DNA of 64,000 bases, taken from positions 149 through 64,148 of the forward strand of contig WQVZ01000001.1 of NCBI GenBank assembly GCA_009785595.1, in the 5' to 3' direction. The stretch's first letter is position 1. Each line of letters begins with the position of its first letter. This document shows positions 27,735-36,842 of the stretch, piece by piece. The notes under the pieces are model-generated. The model was given only the letters and a program-made list of their open reading frames with translations, did not search any database and was not told where the DNA came from. The position numbers and the translations under genes are program-made. Source of the stretch: Defluviitaleaceae bacterium. Its GTDB lineage: Bacteria; Bacillota; Clostridia; Lachnospirales; WRAX01.

Positions 27735-29048
27735 ATGTCAGACAACACCCAAACACCCGCCGTTTTGGAGCATATCGAAGAAAATTTAGTCAAAATTACC
27801 CTTACCATTTCGCCCCAGCGCTTTGAAGAGGGCCTACACCACGCCTATTTAAAAAATAGAAACCAAATAGCCTTGCCCGGCTTTAGAAAAGGCCGCGCAC
27901 CACGTAAAATGATAGAAATGCAATTTGGCCGTGAGATTTTTCACGAAGACGCTCTGGACTTTGTTTTTCCCGATGCATACGATGCCGCTATTACAGAGCA
28001 TGACCTGGACGTTGTGTCTGCACCCCAAGTAGACTTTGAAGAAAAAGACGGCGGAGCCATTATATTTGCGGAGGTACACACCCGCCCGCAGCCCGATATT
28101 GAGGATTACACCGGCATAACATATACAAAAACCGATATAGAAGTAACCGACGAAGAAATTGACACGGAAATTGACAGAGACAGACAAAAAAACGCCAGAG
28201 TAACCACCGTAACAGACCGTGCCGTGCAAGACAGCGACATTGCCGTTATCGACTTTGAAGGTTTTATTGACGACGTGGCCTTTAACGGCGGCAAAGGCGA
28301 AAAATTTGAGCTAGCAATAGGCTCAAAATCCTTCATAGATGGTTTTGAAGAGCAAATTATCGGCAAAAATATCAATGACGAATTTGATGTAAGTGTTTCC
28401 TTCCCCACGGAATATCATGCCGAGGAGCTGGCCGGCAAACCAGCTGTCTTTAAGGTAAAAATTCACGAAATTAAGCACAAAGAGCTGCCCGTGGCCGATG
28501 ACGAATTTGCCCAGGAAGTATCAGAATTTAATACCCTGGCGGAATATAAAGCCGACATAAAGGAAAAAATAACCAAGCAAAAAACAATGGCGGCTGACAG
28601 AGAAATAGAAAATCAATTGGTAAAGGGCCTGTGCGACAGGATAACCGTCAACATACCCAAGCCCATGATAGATAACGAAACAGACCGTCTGCTACGTGAA
28701 TTTGCTAACAGAATCCAATCTCAGGGCATGGATTTTGGCAAATATATGGAAATGACAGGCATGGACGTGACCAATTTGCGTAATATGTATCAAGAGCAGG
28801 CCAATATTAATGTAACAAGCCGCCTGGCCATTGATGCCGTGGTGCGCAAAGAAGTCGTAGAGATAAGCGACGAAGAATATAGCGCAGAAATTGACCGCCT
28901 GGCCAAAATGTATAGCATCCAGCGTGAAAAACTGGAGGAATCCATAGGCGTGGACGAAGCCGCGGCCCTTAGACTGGACATAAAGGCCCGCAAAGCTCTT
29001 GATATGGTAAAAGCGGCGGCGGTTGCCGTTGCAGAAGAAGCGAAATAA
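27735..29048 (+). CDS. tig: trigger factor
   Basis: 437 aa. N-terminal ribosome-binding GFRKGRAPRKMIE and a central FKBP-type PPIase region. tig-clpP-clpX synteny. Confidence 0.95.
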   Translation: MSDNTQTPAVLEHIEENLVKITLTISPQRFEEGLHHAYLKNRNQIALPGFRKGRAPRKMIEMQFGREIFHEDALDFVFPDAYDAAITEHDLDVVSAPQVDFEEKDGGAIIFAEVHTRPQPDIEDYTGITYTKTDIEVTDEEIDTEIDRDRQKNARVTTVTDRAVQDSDIAVIDFEGFIDDVAFNGGKGEKFELAIGSKSFIDGFEEQIIGKNINDEFDVSVSFPTEYHAEELAGKPAVFKVKIHEIKHKELPVADDEFAQEVSEFNTLAEYKADIKEKITKQKTMAADREIENQLVKGLCDRITVNIPKPMIDNETDRLLREFANRIQSQGMDFGKYMEMTGMDVTNLRNMYQEQANINVTSRLAIDAVVRKEVVEISDEEYSAEIDRLAKMYSIQREKLEESIGVDEAAALRLDIKARKALDMVKAAAVAVAEEAK

Positions 29049-29060
29049 GGGAGGTTTGAT

Positions 29061-29675
29061 ATGGATAACTTCGATTATAAAAACAGAGTGGATATGGCCC
29101 TGGTGCCTATGGTTGTGGAGCAATCAAACCGGGGCGAGCGTGCCTACGACATATATTCCCGCCTGCTAAAAGACGGCATAATCTTTTTAGGCGATCCTGT
29201 TATGGACGTCACCGCCAATTTGGTGGTGGCCCAGATGTTGTTTTTGGCGGCAGAATATCCCGACCGAGACATTAGCTTCTACATCAACAGCCCCGGCGGC
29301 TCTGTGTCTGCCGGCATGGCTATTTATGATACCATGCAGTTTATAAAACCCGATGTTTCCACCATTTGCGTGGGCATGGCGGCGTCTATGGGGGCGTTTT
29401 TGCTGGCGGGCGGCACAAAGGGCAAGCGTTTTGCTCTGCCCAATGCAGAAATTATGATACACCAGCCATCCGGCGGTGCCCGCGGCCAGGCTTCCGATAT
29501 ACAGATCCATGCCGAACACATCTTAAAAACCAAAGAAAAACTGAACAAAATGCTGGCAGAGGCAACAGGCCAGCCCTATAAAAAAATTGTGCAAGACTCT
29601 GACCGAGACAACTTTATGTCTGCCGAGGAGGCCAAGGCCTACGGTCTGATAGACGAAATTATTACCAAAATATAA
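29061..29675 (+). CDS. clpP: ATP-dependent Clp protease proteolytic subunit
   Basis: 204 aa. [27 protein letters not shown], catalytic Ser in [11 protein letters not shown] and His in IMIHQP. GGGAGG lies upstream. Confidence 0.96.
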   Translation: MDNFDYKNRVDMALVPMVVEQSNRGERAYDIYSRLLKDGIIFLGDPVMDVTANLVVAQMLFLAAEYPDRDISFYINSPGGSVSAGMAIYDTMQFIKPDVSTICVGMAASMGAFLLAGGTKGKRFALPNAEIMIHQPSGGARGQASDIQIHAEHILKTKEKLNKMLAEATGQPYKKIVQDSDRDNFMSAEEAKAYGLIDEIITKI

Positions 29676-30127
29676 TGCTGATAAAAAGGCATTTTTTTGC
29701 AGCAGTTGTTGTGTTGTTTATTTTTGCGGCCTGCACAACAGCATCGGATATTTATATTGAGCCTGACCCAATACCAACCTCGGCACCACCAAACACTGTA
29801 TTTAACGGACCCATAGAGGCATTTGCCGCCGGAAGAGAAGCCAGCTTTATATTGCGTCCCGACGGCACTTTATGGGCCTGGGGCTGGAATAGCTACGGAC
29901 AAGTCGGAAATGGACAGGTTGATTATTTACAAACGGATTCAGGCCACATGACCAACCCAAATCCCACAATGATAATGGAAAATGTTGCCCATGTCTCGGC
30001 AGGAGATGGGCACGTGCTGGCTATGACAACAGACGGCCGCCTTTGGGCCTGGGGAAACAACAATAGCGGCCAGCTTGGAGACGGCACGCAAGATAATAGG
30101 TTTTTTCCAGTTCTGATTGTCGAATAA
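29675..30127 (+). CDS. small RCC1-repeat lipoprotein
   Basis: 150 aa. Signal peptide with a lipobox-like FAAC. Two RCC1-type repeats ([15 protein letters not shown] and [15 protein letters not shown]). The ATG overlaps the clpP TAA (TAATG). Confidence 0.7.
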   Translation: MLIKRHFFAAVVVLFIFAACTTASDIYIEPDPIPTSAPPNTVFNGPIEAFAAGREASFILRPDGTLWAWGWNSYGQVGNGQVDYLQTDSGHMTNPNPTMIMENVAHVSAGDGHVLAMTTDGRLWAWGNNNSGQLGDGTQDNRFFPVLIVE

Positions 30128-30155
30128 AACGATTGCAATATTAAGGAGGATTTAC

Positions 30156-31433
30156 GTGTCAAAAGACAAGGATGACGAAAGACAGGTGTTTTGCAGTTTT
30201 TGCGGCAAGCCCAGGGAAAACAACCGGCGCTTTGTGGCCGGCCCCGGCGGCGTGTTTATTTGCAACGAATGTATTGACCTGTGCAATGATATATTTTATG
30301 ACAGCCCCACGGAATATGAGCCCGAAGGGGACGAGGACTACAAAATATACAAACCCAAGGAGATTTGCGCCTATTTGGACCAATACGTAATAGGCCAATA
30401 CGCGGCTAAAAAAGCTCTGTCCGTGGCGGTTTATAACCACTATAAGCGCATTGTAAAACGAGAGCAGGAAGAAAACGCCGGGGTAGAGCTGCAAAAAAGC
30501 AATGTGCTGCTGCTGGGCCCAACGGGCGTGGGCAAAACCTTTTTGGCTCAAACCCTGGCCCGCTTGCTTGATGTACCCTTTGCCGTGGCCGACGCCACCA
30601 GTCTCACAGAGGCCGGATACGTGGGCGAAGATGTAGAAAATATCCTGCTGCGATTGATACAAGCCGCCGATGGTGATGTACACCGGGCAGAACGGGGCAT
30701 CATATATATCGACGAAATTGACAAAATAGCCAGAAAGTCCGAAAACCCCTCTATTACCCGAGATGTTAGCGGTGAAGGGGTACAGCAGGCCCTGCTTAAA
30801 ATTTTGGAAGGCACGGTGGCATCCGTACCACCTCAGGGTGGCCGCAAGCATCCCCACCAGGAATTTATACAGATGGACACCACCAACATCCTCTTCATCT
30901 GTGGCGGTGCTTTTGACGGCATTGACAAAATCATCGAACAACGTCTTAACAAAAAAATCATAGGCTTTGGGGCAGAATTTCGCGACAAAAACGACAAGGC
31001 CACAGATGCACTGTTAAGCCAAGTAATCACCAAAGATTTGCAGAAATTCGGCCTTATCCCGGAGATTATCGGTCGTCTGCCCATAATTGTGTCTTTGGAT
31101 TCTCTGGACGAGCAAGCCCTAATATCTATCCTTACAGAGCCTAAAAACGCCCTTATCAAACAGTATCAGCATCTGTTCTCTTTAGATGATGTGGTGCTGG
31201 AATTTGACGAAGAAGCCATTGCTACCTCTGCCAAATTAGCCATCGAAAGAAAAATGGGCGTGCGGGGTCTGCGCTCTGTTATAGAGGCCTTTATGATAGA
31301 TATTATGTACGAAATACCCTCTGTAGAAAATATCGAAAAGGTGGTTGTAACCCAAGACACTGTGGAAAGAACCGCCCCGGCAAAAATCATATACAAGGCA
31401 AAAGAGGACGAAACACCCAAAGAAGCATCTTAA
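30156..31433 (+). CDS. clpX: ATP-dependent Clp protease ATP-binding subunit ClpX
   Basis: Start set to GTG 30156, 6 nt after AAGGAGG. Zinc finger CSFCGK...CNEC and Walker A GPTGVGKT. Confidence 0.96.
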   Translation: MSKDKDDERQVFCSFCGKPRENNRRFVAGPGGVFICNECIDLCNDIFYDSPTEYEPEGDEDYKIYKPKEICAYLDQYVIGQYAAKKALSVAVYNHYKRIVKREQEENAGVELQKSNVLLLGPTGVGKTFLAQTLARLLDVPFAVADATSLTEAGYVGEDVENILLRLIQAADGDVHRAERGIIYIDEIDKIARKSENPSITRDVSGEGVQQALLKILEGTVASVPPQGGRKHPHQEFIQMDTTNILFICGGAFDGIDKIIEQRLNKKIIGFGAEFRDKNDKATDALLSQVITKDLQKFGLIPEIIGRLPIIVSLDSLDEQALISILTEPKNALIKQYQHLFSLDDVVLEFDEEAIATSAKLAIERKMGVRGLRSVIEAFMIDIMYEIPSVENIEKVVVTQDTVERTAPAKIIYKAKEDETPKEAS

Positions 31434-31449
31434 TAACATCATATACCAA

Positions 31450-31483
31450 TTGCAGGGGCGACCGTCCTCGGTCGCCCGTTTTT
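31450..31483 (+). terminator. clpX intrinsic terminator, formed by REP-like copy A4
   Basis: TTGCAGGGGCGACCGTCCTCGGTCGCCC: a perfect 8-bp stem and a 6-nt loop, followed by GTTTTT. Confidence 0.7.
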
Positions 31484-31501
31484 ACTTAGGGAGGGGACAA
31501 T

Positions 31502-33148
31502 ATGAAAGAAAATACACCAAGCAGTTTTATACACCATGCTATTTCAGAAGACCTTGGAGACAACACCAACCGGCTTATAACCAGATTTCCTCCCGAGCCC
31601 GCCGGATATCTCCATATAGGCCACGCAAAGGCTATTTGCATAAATTTTGGCCTGGCCGAACATTATGGCGGCCTTTGCAACCTGCGCTTTGACGAGACCG
31701 ACCCAACCAAAAAAGACATGGAGTACTACGTAGAATCCATCAAAGACACCATACGTTGGCTGGGCTTTCAATGGAACGAGCTTTGCTATGCTTCCAATTA
31801 CTTTGAGCAATTTTATGAATATGCAGTGCTGCTGATTAAAAAAGGTGTGGCCTATGTTTGTGACCTTTCTGCCGAGGAAACGCGTCAATATCGCGGCACC
31901 TTAAACGAGCCCGGCAAAAACAGCCCGTATCGCAACAGAAACATAGACGAAAATCTGGATTTATTCGAAAAAATGAAAGCCGGAGAGTTCCCCGATGGTG
32001 CGCGAACCCTTAGGGCAAAAATAGATATGGCCAGCCCAAACATAAACATGCGTGACCCTATAATATACCGCATAATTCACGCTCCTCATTACAATACCGG
32101 TGACAAGTGGTGCGTATATCCAACATACGACTATGCCCATCCCCTGGAAGACGCCATCGAGGGTGTGACCCATTCCCTATGCGGTGTGGAATTTGAAGAC
32201 CACCGCCCGCTGTATGACTGGTTTGTAAACCAAATTGGTTTTGACCCCGCGCCGCGTCAAATAGAATTTGCCGAGCTGCATCTTTCCAACACTGTTTTAG
32301 GCAAGCGTCACATCCGTAAGCTCATTGAAGACGGAATTGCAGACGGATGGGACGACCCGCGGCTTATGACTCTGCCAGGTTTGCGCCGCCGGGGCTATAC
32401 CCCAACGGCTATACGTGATTTTATCGAGCGCATTGGCCTTAGCAAGGCACAAAGCACTGTTGATATTGGTTTTCTGGAGCACTGCCTGCGGGAGGACATA
32501 AGTCTGTCCTCCAAGGTTGTAATGGCTGTGCTGGATCCCATCAAGCTAATTATCACAAATTATCCCGAAAGCCAAACAGAAATGGTAGAAATGCCTAATA
32601 ATCCCAAAAATCTCGACCTAGGCACGCGGCAAATGCCCTTCTCCCGTGAAGTTTATATCGAGCGCAGTGACTTTGAAGAAATCGCGCCGCCAAAATATCA
32701 CAGGCTCTATCCCGGCAACGAAGTGCGACTTGCGGGAGCATATTTTGTGACATGTACGGATTTTGTAAAAGATGAGTCCGGGCGGATTGTGGAGGTTCAT
32801 GCTACATATGACCCGGCTACAAAAAGCGGTTCCGGCTTTAGCGAGCGTAAAGTAAAAGGCACCATACATTGGGTAAGTTGTGCCCAGGCCGTCAAAATCC
32901 GCTGTAATTTATATGATTATCTGTTTTTTGACGACGATACCCAGGAATCTGGCTTTCGCTTCAATGAAAATTCTCTTGTGGTAGCAGAAAATGCCGTGGC
33001 CGAGCCATCTATAATAAATGCCGGGCAAGAAGACCGCTTCCAGTTTATGCGCAATGCATATTTTTGCCTGGACAGCAAAACGTCATCTCCGAACAACCCG
33101 GTATTTAACCGCATCGTAGAAATAAAAAGCTCTTATAAGCCAACATAA
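31502..33148 (+). CDS. glnS: glutamine--tRNA ligase
   Basis: 548 aa. Class I HIGH motif (YLHIGHAKA), with the GlnRS catalytic and anticodon-binding regions collinear. GGGAGGGG lies upstream. Confidence 0.95.
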   Translation: MKENTPSSFIHHAISEDLGDNTNRLITRFPPEPAGYLHIGHAKAICINFGLAEHYGGLCNLRFDETDPTKKDMEYYVESIKDTIRWLGFQWNELCYASNYFEQFYEYAVLLIKKGVAYVCDLSAEETRQYRGTLNEPGKNSPYRNRNIDENLDLFEKMKAGEFPDGARTLRAKIDMASPNINMRDPIIYRIIHAPHYNTGDKWCVYPTYDYAHPLEDAIEGVTHSLCGVEFEDHRPLYDWFVNQIGFDPAPRQIEFAELHLSNTVLGKRHIRKLIEDGIADGWDDPRLMTLPGLRRRGYTPTAIRDFIERIGLSKAQSTVDIGFLEHCLREDISLSSKVVMAVLDPIKLIITNYPESQTEMVEMPNNPKNLDLGTRQMPFSREVYIERSDFEEIAPPKYHRLYPGNEVRLAGAYFVTCTDFVKDESGRIVEVHATYDPATKSGSGFSERKVKGTIHWVSCAQAVKIRCNLYDYLFFDDDTQESGFRFNENSLVVAENAVAEPSIINAGQEDRFQFMRNAYFCLDSKTSSPNNPVFNRIVEIKSSYKPT

Positions 33149-33154
33149 ACATCC

Positions 33155-33178
33155 ACCGGCCGAATAGGCCGGTTTTTT
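33155..33178 (+). terminator. glnS intrinsic terminator
   Basis: ACCGGCC gaata GGCCGGT followed by TTTTT. Confidence 0.8.
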
Positions 33179-33230
33179 ATTTGGATAAAATCTTGCCCAT
33201 TAGAACAGACTATTTTATAACTTTATAAGT

Positions 33231-33414
33231 GGCCCACACTCCACTCCCACCCACCCATTTGGCGGCAAAGCCGCCAAATGGGTGGGTGGGAGTGGAGTGT
33301 GGGCCTGGGGCCGGAGCCCTGGGAGCCGCTGGGGCGCGTAGCGCCCCAGCGGCTCCCAGGGCTCCGGCCCCAGGCCCCGTGGAGAGCAAGCCTACGGCTT
33401 GCTCTCCACGGGGC
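33231..33414. repeat. triple perfect-palindrome module 4
   Basis: H1 33231-33266/33270-33305 (36 bp, loop AAA). H2 33306-33337/33341-33372 (32 bp, loop GTA, centre GCGTAGC). H3 33374-33392/33396-33414 (19 bp, loop TAC). No mismatches. There is one unpaired g between H2 and H3. Confidence 0.95.
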
Positions 33415-33440
33415 ACATCATATAGAAATGTGGTGCCTTT

Positions 33441-34157
33441 ATGATTACGAAAACATTGTTGTGTGCTTGTCTGCTTCTCATTCCCGCCACCTTAGAATAT
33501 ATAAAAGAAGCCCCGATTATCGCCGAAATTACGGAAAGTTGTAAAATATACAGCGACAAAGACCGTAATTTTCCCATTGGCGACCTTGCTGCAGGTTGCC
33601 ACGCAGAGATTTTAGAAGATTTTTCTGCAGAGGTGTATAAAATTAATGCTAGTGGTGCATTGGGTTGGGTTGAAGCCGAATTTTTGAACATTCCTCCTGA
33701 TAGCCCAACGGACAAAAGTATCTTAACAATGGAGCAATTGGAGGATTTTGTCGCAAAAAGCAGCTACACAAGCAAAACAGACTTTCTTATTTTAACAGAC
33801 ATAGGCCGCCAAAAAACCCATATCTTCAAGGCATCCGACCCAGGCTGGTCTTTATTAAAAACCTTCGATTGCTCTACCGGCACAAACACTTCGCCCACCA
33901 CCCGGGGCATCTTTACCATATCCGAACGAGGCCTGTGGTTTTATTCCCAACGCCTATCCTCCGGCGCAAAATATTGGATGCGTTTTAATGGCCAGTATCT
34001 CTTCCATTCCATCCCCATGGACTCAAACAAAAACATCATCCCCGGCGAAGATATTGTGGGCGAAAAACGCTCCAGCGGCTGCGTACGTCTAATGCCTAAT
34101 GACGCAAAGTGGTTGTACGAAAATATCCCGGACGGATCCACCGTTGTCATTATATAG
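33441..34157 (+). CDS. L,D-transpeptidase (YkuD domain) with N-terminal SH3-like region
   Basis: 238 aa. Signal peptide and catalytic motif FHSIP...SSGCVRL. Confidence 0.85.
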   Translation: MITKTLLCACLLLIPATLEYIKEAPIIAEITESCKIYSDKDRNFPIGDLAAGCHAEILEDFSAEVYKINASGALGWVEAEFLNIPPDSPTDKSILTMEQLEDFVAKSSYTSKTDFLILTDIGRQKTHIFKASDPGWSLLKTFDCSTGTNTSPTTRGIFTISERGLWFYSQRLSSGAKYWMRFNGQYLFHSIPMDSNKNIIPGEDIVGEKRSSGCVRLMPNDAKWLYENIPDGSTVVII

Positions 34158-34220
34158 GGACGCACCATTCCTACTCCCTTAGAATAAACTGGTCTACAGT
34201 CTTTATTTTGAAGGGATGTC

Positions 34221-35045
34221 ATGATATTGCTTGGAAACAATTTTTTTAATAGAGCCGGCCGCAATAACTACAATTATCAACACCACGGCCAATTTCAACA
34301 AGGCCCTCAAGGTGGATGCAACGGACAAAATTGCTGTGGCAGACAGGGCACATCCCGCGGAATGCCGCCAAATTATCCGCAACAGCCCAATAATCCGCAA
34401 TTTGGCAATTTTGGCGGATGGGGCAGACAACAACAGCCAAATATGCCAATGCCATCACAAAACATGCCGCCTATGATGCAACCACCCCAAGGTGCTCCCC
34501 GCGGAAATATGCAAAACCCACATATGCCGCCCACGCATATGCCTGCCACCAATGACCCCAATGTGCGTTTCGAACCTGTGCCGCCGGAATTGCTGCCACC
34601 AGGCAAGCAATCCATAGGGCAGCCTGACCTTGGTGCGCCTTCAGGCCAAGGTCCTATAGGCGGACTGGCCGCCCAATTATCCACCCTTACCCAAGGCGAA
34701 AGCAACAGCATAGCGTATTACGAAAAATTGGTGGGCGTACCGGGCATTTCGGAAAGGGATAAAGGGCTTGTTTTGGAATTGGTCGAAAATAAAAAACGCC
34801 AAATACACAGTGTTACAGGGTTGTACAGAGATATGGCCAGGGCGGATTGGACGGCCCAAGATATGCAGGTGGAGACTGCGGCAAATTTTAGAGCCGGCCT
34901 TTCCTATGCATTGCTTCAAGAGTCCAGACTGCTACGTGAGGCTTCCGGCATACACGCCAACTTAACCGACGGCCCTCAACGCAGAGTGATGGACATAGCA
35001 CTACATCATAAAATTGCGGATATAGCCCATTTGATGGCAATATAG
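34221..35045 (+). CDS. hypothetical protein with Q/P/N/M-rich low-complexity N-terminal half
   Basis: 274 aa. Residues ~10-130 are dominated by Q, P, N, G and M (PQQPNNPQFGNFGGWGRQQQPNMPMPSQNMPPMMQPPQG). The C-terminal ~130 aa look helical. No family recognised with confidence. Confidence 0.55.
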   Translation: MILLGNNFFNRAGRNNYNYQHHGQFQQGPQGGCNGQNCCGRQGTSRGMPPNYPQQPNNPQFGNFGGWGRQQQPNMPMPSQNMPPMMQPPQGAPRGNMQNPHMPPTHMPATNDPNVRFEPVPPELLPPGKQSIGQPDLGAPSGQGPIGGLAAQLSTLTQGESNSIAYYEKLVGVPGISERDKGLVLELVENKKRQIHSVTGLYRDMARADWTAQDMQVETAANFRAGLSYALLQESRLLREASGIHANLTDGPQRRVMDIALHHKIADIAHLMAI

Positions 35046-35054
35046 ACACAAAAA

Positions 35055-35075
35055 GAGCGGCCCGCGTGGCCGCCC
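35055..35075. terminator. bidirectional terminator candidate
   Basis: GCGGCC cgcgt GGCCGC flanked by AAAAA on the left, which gives a T-run for the minus-strand gene. It lies between convergent genes. Confidence 0.5.
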
Positions 35076-35082
35076 TTGCATT

Positions 35083-35928
35083 TTATCCCTGTTTTCGCGC
35101 ATTAAACTCCTCTGCCAACAATCCATAAAGGTGCTCATCCCAATAGCGCCCCTTATGAAACACCTGCTGACGCCTTGTTCCCTCCAATTTAAAGCCTAAT
35201 TTCACAAATACAGGCTGATAAATCGTGTCGTTTTCGATAAAGCCTGTATGACAGTTGTTAAGCCGTCGCTCATCGAAAGCATATTCAAGCATCAATTTCG
35301 CCCCTGCAATGGCGTAGCGTTCATCATCAGCGTAAACGTACATACCAAATGTGCCGTGCCGTTCGTCAACACCGTGGAGATTGCCGCCGCCTACATACTC
35401 TCCTGCGTGAGATTCAAAGATAAAAATGATATGCTCATCGCTGTTCCAGTTTGCTTTGATGTAGTTTTCCCAATTTTCTTTCCTTGTTTCTTCGTCCCAC
35501 GGCAATTCTTGTTCGTAATCCGTAAAAAACCTATCTTCGCTGAAGTAGAGGTTATGGTAATTATGTCTCCAGTCCTCGGGCTTTGCTCGGCGCACCCGCA
35601 CCAAGTCGTTTTGCCAAAAATACTTGCTATAATCAATTCCCTCCGACTTCATTGCGTCATCCCCTTTTTTGTAGACAATTTTTTTCACCGCGTCTTCCGA
35701 AATAAAGTATTCTTCGCTTAGGCTTTCCAGATTAACCCCGCGTGAAAACTGATTTCGGATATCCGAATTTCGCTGAAAATATAATGTCCTGGCACCCGTA
35801 CCCATACCCCAGGATTCTCGCTTAATCTTTGGAATATACAGCATTTTGCCCTGGGCGTATTTTTGCAGCTCTTTCAGCAACTGCGGTGGCAATAATTCTG
35901 ATGCGTTACGGTATTTCATGGGCATCAA
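35083..35928 (-). CDS. fusion of a CD3324/Mor-like HTH N-terminal domain with a GNAT N-acetyltransferase
   Basis: 281 aa. The N-terminal ~90 aa (ELLPPQLLKELQKYAQGKMLYIPK...) resemble small CD3324-family regulators. The C-terminal half has a RimJ/RimL-like GNAT pattern. Confidence 0.65.
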   Translation of the reverse strand: MMPMKYRNASELLPPQLLKELQKYAQGKMLYIPKIKRESWGMGTGARTLYFQRNSDIRNQFSRGVNLESLSEEYFISEDAVKKIVYKKGDDAMKSEGIDYSKYFWQNDLVRVRRAKPEDWRHNYHNLYFSEDRFFTDYEQELPWDEETRKENWENYIKANWNSDEHIIFIFESHAGEYVGGGNLHGVDERHGTFGMYVYADDERYAIAGAKLMLEYAFDERRLNNCHTGFIENDTIYQPVFVKLGFKLEGTRRQQVFHKGRYWDEHLYGLLAEEFNARKQG

Positions 35929-35992
35929 TCCTCATGTCGGTGATACTATCACGATAGTCGCAAGCTATTAAAAGCACAAGGGAAAGAATTAT

Positions 35993-36826
35993 TTATAAAA
36001 AATTTTGTTGTAGCACAAACTTCTCAATAACCTCGGCCACGGCACCATTGGAGCAATCTCTAGCCGTAACATAATCCGCAACCTCTTTAGCAGCATCCAC
36101 GGCATTGGCAACAGCAACACCTAGGCCAGCCTGCTTTATCATACTTATGTCGTTGTAATTATCTCCTATGGCAATGACTTCCGCGGGGTTTATGCCCAGC
36201 TTTTGGCACAGCCACATAATGCCATCGCCCTTGCTGCGCCCCTTTGGCCCTGCCTCCAACAGATATTCTGCCGAAAAACATATGCCAACATCACGGCCAA
36301 AGGCGTCTTCCAGCTCTTTTTCAAAGGTCTTTAAAGTGCTATTTTCTCCTATAAAAATTATCTTGGCAATGGACTCCAACTCCCGGGCCGCGGACACAAT
36401 ATCCGTTGTCTCCAGCCAGTCTACATTGGATATGCGCTGATATTTATGGGCATACACCGCGTTTTTTTCAAACAAAACCCGCTCGCCATCCAGATATATC
36501 ACAATCTCCATATCCAGGGCCGCGGCCTTGTACAGCTTTACAATTTCCACGGCTACATCCTTGGGCAAATCGTCTTTTCGCACAACAACGCCGTCATAGG
36601 GGTCGTAAATAATGCCGCCGTTAAAGCCGATGATATAACTGCCCCGGGTGATGATGCCAAGCTCCTGGGCAAAAACCCTTAAGCTTTTGTAAGAACGCCC
36701 GGAGCACAGGGTAAATATAATACCCGCATCCCTGGCCTTGGTTATGGCGTCTTTATCTATTTGGGACAGTGTAAAGCTGTCGTCCAACAGCGTGCCGTCC
36801 ATGTCACATGCAATTAATTTATACAT
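35993..36826 (-). CDS. Cof-type HAD-IIB family hydrolase
   Basis: ORF-track 35993..37018 trimmed to MYKLIACDMDGTLLDD at 36826; the upstream extension runs antisense through the TPP riboswitch. HAD motifs DMDGTLL and GDNYNDISM. Confidence 0.88.
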   Translation of the reverse strand: MYKLIACDMDGTLLDDSFTLSQIDKDAITKARDAGIIFTLCSGRSYKSLRVFAQELGIITRGSYIIGFNGGIIYDPYDGVVVRKDDLPKDVAVEIVKLYKAAALDMEIVIYLDGERVLFEKNAVYAHKYQRISNVDWLETTDIVSAARELESIAKIIFIGENSTLKTFEKELEDAFGRDVGICFSAEYLLEAGPKGRSKGDGIMWLCQKLGINPAEVIAIGDNYNDISMIKQAGLGVAVANAVDAAKEVADYVTARDCSNGAVAEVIEKFVLQQNFL

Positions 36827-36842
36827 TTTTTCACACTCGCTA

